Assembly: GCA_934699095.1 (NCBI GenBank)
Contig: CAKUVI010000003.1
Location: forward strand, 67,785-131,784
DNA from: an uncultured Bacteroidales bacterium
GTDB taxonomy: Bacteria > Bacteroidota > Bacteroidia > Bacteroidales > WCHB1-69
DNA: 64,000 nucleotides
Direction of reading: 5' to 3'
Positions 10,858 to 19,050 of the stretch are shown here, one piece after another; positions within the stretch are counted from its first letter, which is position 1; the number at the start of each line of letters is the position of its first letter. The notes beneath the pieces are model-generated. The model searched no databases, had not been told where the DNA came from, and saw only the letters and a list, made by a program, of their open reading frames with translations. A program made the position numbers and the translations under genes.

Positions 10858-11832
10858 ATGAAAAAACTAACTACATTATTATTAACTGCCACAATCTTTG
10901 TGTCTTTTTTCATCTCATGTGGTGGAAATCAGAAAAAGGAGACAAAAGAAGGGACCTTGACCGGGGAAATATCTATTTCGGGGGCATTTGCATTATACCC
11001 ATTGGCTGTGAAGTGGGTTGAAGAATTTCAGCAGGCCAATCCTGGCGTGCGCATCGACATTTCCGCTGGAGGAGCAGGAAAGGGCATGACAGACGTTTTA
11101 GCAAACGTTGTTGACCTCGGGATGGTTTCTCGAGAAGTTTATCCACCCGAGTTGGAAAAGGGGGCCCTTCCGTTTGCTGTGACCAAAGACGCAGTTGTAA
11201 TCACCGTGAATACCGACAATCCATTTGCATCGGAGATGAAGCGACAGGGCATAACCATGGAAGAGGCATACAAGATCTGGATTTCCGGTGAAATCATCAC
11301 GTGGGGGCAGCTCCTCGGCACTTCCGACAAGACACCGATTCACGTTTACACCCGTTCTGATGCATGCGGCGCGGCGGAAACTTTTGCACTCTGGATGGGC
11401 AAAAAACAGGAAGACCTCAACGGAACGGCGGTGTTCGGTGACCCAGGATTGGCACAAGCCGTACAGCGCGACAAGTTAGCCATAGGATTCAACAACATAG
11501 GCTATGCCTACGATGAAGAAAGCAGAAAGCCCAACGACAATATTTTTGTGTTCCCTATTGATGCAAATGGTGACGGAACTATCACTCCCGACGAATACTT
11601 TTACAACTCAAAAGACGATTTTGTCAAGGCTGTGGCCGACAACAAATATCCGTCACCGCCTGCCCGCGACCTTTATCTTGTGAGCAACGGAACACCTTCA
11701 AAACCGGCTGTGGTTGCCTTTCTGCGCTACATCCTGACCGAGGGACAGAAAGAATGTGCACCGGCAGGCTATATCAGTCTTAGTGAAGAAAAACTGCAAA
11801 ACGGCCTGTCAAAACTTGAATCAGCTCATTGA
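10858..11832 (+). CDS. pstS: Phosphate ABC transporter substrate-binding lipoprotein
   Basis: Lipobox FISCGG, and PBP-like-2 motifs ISGAFALYPL and ISAGGAGKGMTD. Confidence 0.8.
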   Translation: MKKLTTLLLTATIFVSFFISCGGNQKKETKEGTLTGEISISGAFALYPLAVKWVEEFQQANPGVRIDISAGGAGKGMTDVLANVVDLGMVSREVYPPELEKGALPFAVTKDAVVITVNTDNPFASEMKRQGITMEEAYKIWISGEIITWGQLLGTSDKTPIHVYTRSDACGAAETFALWMGKKQEDLNGTAVFGDPGLAQAVQRDKLAIGFNNIGYAYDEESRKPNDNIFVFPIDANGDGTITPDEYFYNSKDDFVKAVADNKYPSPPARDLYLVSNGTPSKPAVVAFLRYILTEGQKECAPAGYISLSEEKLQNGLSKLESAH

Positions 11833-11835
11833 CAG

Positions 11836-12729
11836 ATGCAAAAGTCGCGGATCATAAAAGACAAGGCCGCTGAGGGCGCGATGTTTGCCATGACAGTAGT
11901 TTCCATACTATTTGTTGTGGTCATGGCGGTCGGTTTATGTCTGAAATCGGCACCTGTGTTGCACAATCATACGTTGTGGGAACTTCTGTCGTCATCTGAG
12001 TGGAAGCCTATAAAGGGAGAATTTGGATTTCTGCCTTTCATAGCAGGCACGCTCTGGGCTACGTTCATAGCCATTTTGCTGGCTCTTCCGGTATCGTTGT
12101 TCACTGCAATCTACCTCACCGAATATGCCCGTCCTGTAGTGCGCAAGTTTGTGTTTCCCGCATTGGATATTCTTGCAGCTCTCCCGTCTGTCATTTACGG
12201 AATCTGGGGTACTTTGGTGATTGTACCGGTTATATCAGACAAAATAGCACCATTGTTTGTGGAATATTCTTCCGGCTATACCATGTTGGCTGCTGGAATT
12301 GTACTCGGTGTGATGATCATTCCTCTATTAGTGAGCCTTTTCATCGAAGTGTTCAGTATGGTACCTAAAGATTTGCGAGAAGCATCTCTGGCCTTAGGCG
12401 CAACCCGCTGGCAGACAACACGTAAGGTGGTGATTCGTAGAACATTGTCGGGTATTATAGCTTCCACAGTGTTAGCCATTTCAAGGGCTATGGGCGAAAC
12501 AATAGCTGTGCTCATGGTTTGCGGCTGTGTAATGATGATCCCAAGGAGTCCTCTTGACAGTGGATATCCTATTCCCGCCTTGATAGCGAACAATTATGGT
12601 GAAATGCTATCGATGCCGCTTTACGAATCAGCACTGATGTTTGCAGCGCTTATTTTATTTGTAGTCGTTTTCATTTTCAACCTTTTATCTCGTATTGTTT
12701 TATATAGAATGGAGAAAAGAATGTCATGA
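11836..12729 (+). CDS. pstC: Phosphate ABC transporter permease
   Basis: Six-TM BPD permease with the EAA loop (DLREASLALGATRWQTTRKVV). Confidence 0.85.
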   Translation: MQKSRIIKDKAAEGAMFAMTVVSILFVVVMAVGLCLKSAPVLHNHTLWELLSSSEWKPIKGEFGFLPFIAGTLWATFIAILLALPVSLFTAIYLTEYARPVVRKFVFPALDILAALPSVIYGIWGTLVIVPVISDKIAPLFVEYSSGYTMLAAGIVLGVMIIPLLVSLFIEVFSMVPKDLREASLALGATRWQTTRKVVIRRTLSGIIASTVLAISRAMGETIAVLMVCGCVMMIPRSPLDSGYPIPALIANNYGEMLSMPLYESALMFAALILFVVVFIFNLLSRIVLYRMEKRMS

Positions 12730-12793
12730 AAAAAGAAAAAACCAATTTGATAAGAGAGATTATTTGTTCTATTATCGATCTATTTTTAGTATT

Positions 12794-13648
12794 ATGGACA
12801 TAGCAAAAAGAAAAAAGGCGGGGGAATTGGCCGCTAAAGCCATGATGTGGTTTTCCATGATATTTGTCTTCGGCATGGTGATCAGTGTCATCTGGACAAT
12901 CTTTTCGCATGGTTGGAAGGCGATGAGTTGGGAGATGGTCAGCAGTTTGCCTGGCGGCGGATTCTATATCGGCAAAGAGGGTGGATTCCTGAATGCCATT
13001 GTAGGTTCATTATACATTGTTGGAGCGTCAACAATATTGGGTCTGTTAGTATCGGTGCCGGTGGTGTTTTATCTCAACGTATATTTGAAAAAGGACTCGA
13101 AGTTGGCATACATCGCACGTATGGCTTTTGATGTATTGTTCGGAGTGCCGTCGATTGTATATGGAGCCTTTGCGTTCACTGTGATGATCTTTTTCGGTTT
13201 ACGCACCTCACTGTTAGGTGGAATAATAGTGATAACAATGTTGATAATTCCGATTTTCATACGCACTATGGACGAAGCCACTCGAGAGTTTCCTCGCGAC
13301 ATTTTGGATGCCACCTTTTCGCTTGGGGCGACGCGTTGGGAGACGTTGAAGGTTGTGCTCAGGCAGATTGCGCCCGGCATCGCCACGGCAACGCTTCTCT
13401 CTGTCGGCCGTGCCATCGGGGATGCCGGGGCGGTGATGTTCACAGCCGGCTACACCGACAGCATACCCACAGCCCTGTCGCAGCCCGCTGCAACCCTCCC
13501 GCTCGCTGTATTCTTCCAACTGAGCAGTCCAATCCCGGAAGTTCAGGACCGCGCCTACGCCGCTGCGTTAGTCCTTACCATTATCGTGCTCATACTCAGT
13601 ATATCAGGACGCCTCGTGACCAATTTCTTCTCTAAAAACAAGGTGTAA
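12794..13648 (+). CDS. pstA: Phosphate ABC transporter permease
   Basis: Permease with the EAA loop (ILDATFSLGATRWETLKVVL). Start taken at the internal ATG (MDIAKRKKAGE). The longer ORF overlaps pstC. Confidence 0.85.
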   Translation: MDIAKRKKAGELAAKAMMWFSMIFVFGMVISVIWTIFSHGWKAMSWEMVSSLPGGGFYIGKEGGFLNAIVGSLYIVGASTILGLLVSVPVVFYLNVYLKKDSKLAYIARMAFDVLFGVPSIVYGAFAFTVMIFFGLRTSLLGGIIVITMLIIPIFIRTMDEATREFPRDILDATFSLGATRWETLKVVLRQIAPGIATATLLSVGRAIGDAGAVMFTAGYTDSIPTALSQPAATLPLAVFFQLSSPIPEVQDRAYAAALVLTIIVLILSISGRLVTNFFSKNKV

Positions 13649-13693
13649 AATGTTTGAACTATAATTCGAAAATCATATAACAGACAGATATTT

Positions 13694-14443
13694 ATGGCGA
13701 TTGAAATCAAAGACTTGAACATACACATCAAAGGCAACCACATCTTGAAAAACATCAATTTGACATTGCCTGATAAACGCATAACATGCATCATAGGGCC
13801 CTCAGGTTGTGGTAAAACCACACTCCTTAGAACGCTGAACCGCCTGATTGACAGCACTGAAGGTGTGCAAATCAGAGGCAAGGTGTTGGTTGATGGAAAG
13901 GATATTATTGATAGTGGCTCCGAAATCACTGAACTTCGCCGCAGAATTGGACTGGTGAGTCAGCGCCCTTACCCGCTGCCCATGTCGATCTACAATAATG
14001 TGGCATACGGCTGCCGGATCAACAAGTTGTGCAAAGGAAGGGAACTGCACCGCACCGTCGTTGAAAACCTTCAAAATGTCGGACTTTGGGACGAAGTCAA
14101 AGACAGGCTGCACACGCCTGCGGCGCGACTCTCAATAGGACAGCAGCAGCGACTCTGTTTGGCACGCTCACTTGCTGTTGCTCCGGAATACATCCTTGCC
14201 GACGAGGCAACCAGCGCACTCGACCCGATTTCAGCCAAGACGGTTGAAGACCTTTTTGTAAAACTCAAGGAAAACTACTCGATAATCATGGTTACGCACA
14301 CTTTGCGCCAGGCACTGCGAATCGCCGACTATGTCGTTTTCATGTATTTGGGTGAAATAATTGAGATGGGCGATGCCAAAGACGTCTTCAATAATCCGAC
14401 ACATGAGCTGACACGGAAGTACCTTTCGGGGGCGTTTAGTTAG
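13694..14443 (+). CDS. pstB: Phosphate ABC transporter ATP-binding protein
   Basis: GPSGCGKTT Walker A, LSIGQQQRL signature, and PstB-like QRPYPLPMSIYNNVAYG. Confidence 0.9.
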   Translation: MAIEIKDLNIHIKGNHILKNINLTLPDKRITCIIGPSGCGKTTLLRTLNRLIDSTEGVQIRGKVLVDGKDIIDSGSEITELRRRIGLVSQRPYPLPMSIYNNVAYGCRINKLCKGRELHRTVVENLQNVGLWDEVKDRLHTPAARLSIGQQQRLCLARSLAVAPEYILADEATSALDPISAKTVEDLFVKLKENYSIIMVTHTLRQALRIADYVVFMYLGEIIEMGDAKDVFNNPTHELTRKYLSGAFS

Positions 14444-14482
14444 AATTTAGTATTTAGAATTTGATATTTAGTATTTGGTATT

Positions 14483-15382
14483 ATGTATAGGCTTACTCAT
14501 TTAAAAGAATTAGAGGCAGAATCGATATATGTATTGCGGGAGGTGGCGGCACAGTTCGAGCGGCCCGCGATTCTATTCTCGGGCGGGAAGGATTCAATAG
14601 TATTAACTCACCTGGCTTACAAGGCCTTCTATCCGGCCAAAATCCCGTTCCCTCTGCTCCACATTGACACGGGGCACAACTTCCAGGAGACCCTCGACTA
14701 CCGCGACGCTCTCGTGGAGCAGTTAGGGGCGCACTTGATAGTTGGTTCTGTGCAAGAGAGCATCGACAAGGGCAGGGTGAAAGAGGAAAAAGGCTATAAT
14801 GCGAGCCGCAACCGTCTGCAAACCACAACATTGTTGGACACCATTGAGGAATACAAGCTCGATGCCTGCATAGGCGGTGCGCGGCGCGATGAGGAAAAGG
14901 CACGTGCTAAGGAAAGGTTCTTCTCCCATAGGGATGAGTTCGGACAATGGAATCCCAAGAACCAGCGACCCGAACTTTGGAACATATTCAACGGGCACAA
15001 GAACATCGGCGAGCATTTCCGTGTGTTTCCCATCAGCAACTGGACCGAGATGGATGTATGGCAGTACATCTACCAGGAGAAGATACCGTTACCGTCGCTC
15101 TATTTCACTCACGAGCGCCGGTGCTTCCTGCGCGACGGCCAATGGTTGGCCGCAGAGCCCTGCATGACGCTGAAACCTACGGAAGAGGTTGTCACGCGAC
15201 GCGTGCGCTGCCGCACCATCGGCGATATAACATGCACTGGGCTCACCATCTCTGAAGCCAATAGCTTGGAGGATATCATAGCTGAAATCGCCGCCACCCG
15301 CGTCACCGAACGCGGCGGCCGCGCCGACGACAAGCGCAGCGAAACAGCCATGGAAGACCGGAAGAAAGAAGGATACTTTTAG
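14483..15382 (+). CDS. cysD: Sulfate adenylyltransferase subunit 2
   Basis: LKELEAESIYVLREV, FSGGKDS PP-loop, GGARRDEEKARAKER. Confidence 0.9.
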   Translation: MYRLTHLKELEAESIYVLREVAAQFERPAILFSGGKDSIVLTHLAYKAFYPAKIPFPLLHIDTGHNFQETLDYRDALVEQLGAHLIVGSVQESIDKGRVKEEKGYNASRNRLQTTTLLDTIEEYKLDACIGGARRDEEKARAKERFFSHRDEFGQWNPKNQRPELWNIFNGHKNIGEHFRVFPISNWTEMDVWQYIYQEKIPLPSLYFTHERRCFLRDGQWLAAEPCMTLKPTEEVVTRRVRCRTIGDITCTGLTISEANSLEDIIAEIAATRVTERGGRADDKRSETAMEDRKKEGYF

Positions 15383-15460
15383 TTAGTAATGAACATTTAT
15401 TTAAGACATAATTCCTTAAACGGCCCCGAAGGGGCAAGACGCGCGAAGCGCTAATAACCC

Positions 15461-15510
15461 CACACAAGCGCAGCACAGTGCGGGGACTATCACACAAGCG
15501 TAGCACAGTT
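15461..15510 (+). repeat. Two 20-nt direct repeats (CACACAAGCG-Y-AGCACAGT-K) inside a GC-rich 152-nt cysD-cysN spacer
   Basis: The copies lie at 15461-15480 and 15491-15510. A GCCCC-GAA-GGGGC hairpin lies at 15423-15435. Confidence 0.7.
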
Positions 15511-15534
15511 TTGGGAGCATAAAGATACAAAAAT

Positions 15535-16821
15535 ATGAATAACGGATATTTAGATATGGAGCTGCTCAGGTTCACTACAGCCGGCAGCGTGGATGACGGC
15601 AAAAGCACGCTCATCGGAAGATTGTTATATGACAGCAAGTCTATTTTCGAGGACCAATTGGAGGCGGTGGAACAGGCCTCGCGGAGCCGCGGCAACGAGG
15701 AGGTGAACCTTGCGCTGCTCACCGACGGACTGCGCGCCGAACGGGAGCAGGGCATCACTATCGATGTTGCCTATCGTTACTTCGCCACGCCGAAACGGAA
15801 ATTCATCATCGCCGACACTCCCGGACACATACAGTACACCCGCAACATGGTCACCGGCGCCTCAACCGCCGACCTCGCCATCATACTCGTTGATGCCCGT
15901 AACGGCGTGGTAGAACAGACGGTGCGTCACACCTGCATCGCGTCCCTCCTCGGAATTCCATTCATAACCGTGTGCGTCAACAAGATGGACCTCGTAAACT
16001 TTGACGAAAAAAGATTCGAGGAAATCAAACAGGATTATCTAAGTACGGCACAACGACTGGGCATAAAATCCAAATTCAACTTTATCCCGATATCGGCCAA
16101 ATACGGCGACAATGTTGTCATGGCTTCCGGAAATATGCCCTGGTATTCCGGTGGTTCTCTGATGCATCTCTTGGAAACAGTATCCATAGAGCACAAAACC
16201 GGCGAAGAGAGTCAGCCTGTCAGGTTTCCAGTACAATACGTGATACGTCCGATCTCTGATCGTTTTCCTGATTATCGAGCATACGCAGGCAGGATGTCGG
16301 GCGGCGTACTGCGTCCCGGCGACCGCGTCAGAATCCTTCCGTCCGGATTAGAGAGCACGGTGAAGGCTATAATGCAATCTGACCAAGAGTTGAAAATAGC
16401 ACACACTCCAGAATCTGTATCCATCCTCCTTGACGATGACATTGACATAAGCAGAGGCGATATGATAGTTAACACCGATGGCATCCAACCAGAAGTTTCA
16501 CAAACCTTAGAGATGCACTGCTGTTGGTTTAACGAAACGGAATTGCAACTACGGAAACGCTACATTATCCGCACATCTGTGGCTGAAACAATAGGAATGG
16601 TGCAAAGAATAAACTATCGTCTCAATATCAATACATTAGAACGGGTGAATGGAGATAATACACTTAAAATGAACGATATAGGTCATATAACTGTCAAGAC
16701 AGCCAATCCGGTGGTGTTTGACGACTACGCAAAAAACCGAACCACCGGCTCCGTCATCTTCATCGACCCTGATAGTTTTGAGACTGTTGGGGCGGGGATG
16801 GTGAGTTTAATTAGGAATTAG
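15535..16821 (+). CDS. cysN: Sulfate adenylyltransferase subunit 1 (GTPase), without a fused APS kinase domain
   Basis: GSVDDGKST G1 motif, DTPGH, NKMD. At 428 aa it is too short for a CysNC fusion. Confidence 0.9.
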   Translation: MNNGYLDMELLRFTTAGSVDDGKSTLIGRLLYDSKSIFEDQLEAVEQASRSRGNEEVNLALLTDGLRAEREQGITIDVAYRYFATPKRKFIIADTPGHIQYTRNMVTGASTADLAIILVDARNGVVEQTVRHTCIASLLGIPFITVCVNKMDLVNFDEKRFEEIKQDYLSTAQRLGIKSKFNFIPISAKYGDNVVMASGNMPWYSGGSLMHLLETVSIEHKTGEESQPVRFPVQYVIRPISDRFPDYRAYAGRMSGGVLRPGDRVRILPSGLESTVKAIMQSDQELKIAHTPESVSILLDDDIDISRGDMIVNTDGIQPEVSQTLEMHCCWFNETELQLRKRYIIRTSVAETIGMVQRINYRLNINTLERVNGDNTLKMNDIGHITVKTANPVVFDDYAKNRTTGSVIFIDPDSFETVGAGMVSLIRN

Positions 16822-16854
16822 AAATTAAGAAATAAAAATATATAATGTTGGACA

Positions 16855-17565
16855 ATGGCTTATTTTAAAGATGATATTGAAGATTTGAATGTGCGGTTTG
16901 CGGAGGCTGCTCCAGAGGAACTGCTGCAACATTTTTTGGAAATCTATGGCGGCAGGATTGCTTTGTCATCAAGTCTGAGCATTGAGGACCAGACACTTAC
17001 GGACATTATCCTGAAAATCAATCCAAAAGCAAGGATTTTCACCTTGGATACCGGAAGGTTGTTCCCTGAAACATATCAGCTTATCGACAAGACGAATCTC
17101 AAATATGGAATCCGGATGGAAGTCTTTTGTCCGCAGACAGAGACTTTACAGAGATTTGTGCGCACTGAAGGTATAAATCCATTCTACGAAAGCATTGAAA
17201 AGCGCCATGCCTGCTGTCAGGTGCGCAAATTGGAACCTTTAGGACGTGCTTTTCAAACCTTGGATGCTTGGGTATGCGGATTAAGGAGGGAACAGTCTGT
17301 GACACGGGCCAACATGCAGAGAATAGAGTGGGATGAAATACATAATATCCTCAAAATCAATCCTTTGATTGATTGGACAGAGGAACAGGTATGGAGTTAT
17401 ATAAAGACTCGTCATGTGCCGTATAACCAACTGCACGACCAAGGTTACCCGAGCATCGGGTGCGAGCCGTGCACGCGGGCGGTGAAGCCCGGAGAGGACA
17501 TCCGAGCAGGCCGCTGGTGGTGGGAATCGCCCGAACACCGCGAGTGCGGACTTCACCAAAGATAG
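16855..17565 (+). CDS. cysH: Phosphoadenosine/adenosine phosphosulfate reductase, probably the Fe-S APS reductase type
   Basis: C-terminal ECGLH motif. Also a CC pair (KRHACCQV) and CxxC (GCEPCT), as in 4Fe-4S APS reductases. Confidence 0.85.
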   Translation: MAYFKDDIEDLNVRFAEAAPEELLQHFLEIYGGRIALSSSLSIEDQTLTDIILKINPKARIFTLDTGRLFPETYQLIDKTNLKYGIRMEVFCPQTETLQRFVRTEGINPFYESIEKRHACCQVRKLEPLGRAFQTLDAWVCGLRREQSVTRANMQRIEWDEIHNILKINPLIDWTEEQVWSYIKTRHVPYNQLHDQGYPSIGCEPCTRAVKPGEDIRAGRWWWESPEHRECGLHQR

Positions 17566-17605
17566 TGCCCCGCTGTCACAATTTTACAGTCAGGTTTATT
17601 TCTCC

Positions 17606-18598
17606 TTACGCTCTGTTGAACTTCTCCTTGCCCTGCTTGCAGCGCGGGCATCTCCAGTCGGCGGGAAGGTCCTCGAAGGCCACGCCGTCGTGCTCGGCCG
17701 GGTCATACACGTAGCCGCAGATGGAGCAGACGTACTTGCCCGAAGCCTCCTTCTTCTCGAAGTTCACCTTGTCGAAGACGGTCGGTACGGGGTGGTCCAG
17801 ATCCATCACGCGCTTGGCCTCCAAGTTCTCGTAGCCTTGCGGCGTGTGCGTGGAGACATAGACCGTTGGGTGGTTGCGGACGAACTCGCGCACGCGGTCC
17901 AAGGTCTCGCGGGCGGCTGCCTTGTCATCGAAGACCACGGAGAGCTTGTTCTCGTACAAGGCCTCGTCCACGTAGGTGATGTCGCCGTGGATCATGTAGA
18001 ACAGACCGTCGTTCTCCACGATGACGATGCTGTTGCCGTTGGTGTGTCCTTTGGCTTTGATGAAGCGTATGTCGTCGGCAATCTTCTGGCTTTCAGGGAA
18101 GTTGTAGTACGCCCCGTCGGTGAAGTGCACGGGCACGAGGTTGCCGAGTCCCTGGAGTTCGGCGGCCTGCATCTCGTCGGCGTTCACATAGACCTTCGCG
18201 TCGGGGAATGAGCGCAGCTCGCCGCTGTGGTCGGCGTGCTTGTGGGTGAGCAGAATCTTGGTCACCTGTTCGGGCTTGTAGCCGAGGGCGGCGAATGCCT
18301 CCATGTAGCTGCAGATGTCCTTGCCGGTGAAGGCCGGAGTGTTCTTGTCGGGATTCTCCTCGGGCGTGCCGGCTGGAAGACCTGTATCGACTAAGATAAC
18401 CTCGTCTCCGGTGTCGATCAGGTAGTTCTGCAGACTGCCGCGGTAGCGGATGTTTTTGTCGAACTTGTCCATTCCCTCCTCGCCGCCAAAGGCGAAAGGC
18501 TGTGAATAGAATCCGTCTTTTCTGAATTTTATTGCTTTGATTTCCACTTGATTATAATTTATTGTGATTGATTTTAGACTGCTCAAGTCACACGCCAA
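17606..18598 (-). CDS. MBL-fold metallo-hydrolase fused to a C-terminal rubredoxin domain
   Basis: [10 protein letters not shown] (HxHxDH). The last ~50 aa, [12 protein letters not shown]...[17 protein letters not shown], are a canonical rubredoxin with two CxxC pairs. The start is uncertain: TTG 18598, GTG 18547 or ATG 18472. Confidence 0.8.
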   Translation of the reverse strand: MACDLSSLKSITINYNQVEIKAIKFRKDGFYSQPFAFGGEEGMDKFDKNIRYRGSLQNYLIDTGDEVILVDTGLPAGTPEENPDKNTPAFTGKDICSYMEAFAALGYKPEQVTKILLTHKHADHSGELRSFPDAKVYVNADEMQAAELQGLGNLVPVHFTDGAYYNFPESQKIADDIRFIKAKGHTNGNSIVIVENDGLFYMIHGDITYVDEALYENKLSVVFDDKAAARETLDRVREFVRNHPTVYVSTHTPQGYENLEAKRVMDLDHPVPTVFDKVNFEKKEASGKYVCSICGYVYDPAEHDGVAFEDLPADWRCPRCKQGKEKFNRA

Positions 18599-19050
18599 AA
18601 ACGGCGAGGATACTGCCTTGCATATTTTTTCTGTGCAAAGTTACAAAAAATGCTCTTTGGAAAAGCAAAATTAAGATTCTATTTATTACGGGATCGTCTT
18701 TTGGGAAAAACATCAGGCATCGTAAATGGATTTTTCGTCAATAATGCAAAAAGCTTGAATAGCTACCGTCACGCGCCTCCCTTGTCTTATTCCGCCACGC
18801 ATCCGCCACCCGCATCGGACTGGTGGACAGCACGATGCCGATTGAGGCGGAGGTGCGCGGGGTGAAAGGGATGTGCTTGGCCTCGGCCTTGCGGCGGAGA
18901 GCCTCTTCGGTGGCGCTGAGAATGGATGAGGATGACTTTTCCGGATTCCCCACACTTTTTTCCGCAGAGGAAACCGAAAAATGGTTCCTGTGACTGTAAA
19001 TTGGAATTGTTTTTTCCCCTATTACGGCATGATTATTGGTCTGTGACAAT

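Noticed and set aside
12695-12793. N-terminal extensions of ORF-track entries. Examples: 12695 for pstA, 32000 for the acetyltransferase, 43921 and 44006 at the hcp/hcpR region, 21523/21549, 48116, 49077, 52663, 53243 and 55799.
   Set aside because: The extensions overlap upstream genes or promoters, or begin at non-ATG codons inside -7 boxes. Internal ATGs give N-termini that match family expectations.
14444-14482. AT-rich, quasi-repetitive short intergenic linkers. Examples: TAGAATTTAGTATTTAGAATTTGATATTTAGTATTTGG at 14444-14482, others at 16822-16854, GAAAATT x3 at 44695-44712, and TTTTCAA x2 at 25435-25450.
   Set aside because: They are low-complexity spacers of a few tens of nt between co-directional genes. 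No consistent motif links them beyond AT-richness.
18738-19049. A GC-rich 103-aa minus-strand ORF in the gap between the MBL-rubredoxin gene and the T9SS gene. Part of it reads protein-like (ILSATEEALRRKAEAKHIPFTPR...).
   Set aside because: It has no recognisable family, start context or promoter. It may be a gene remnant, but I cannot support calling it as a feature.
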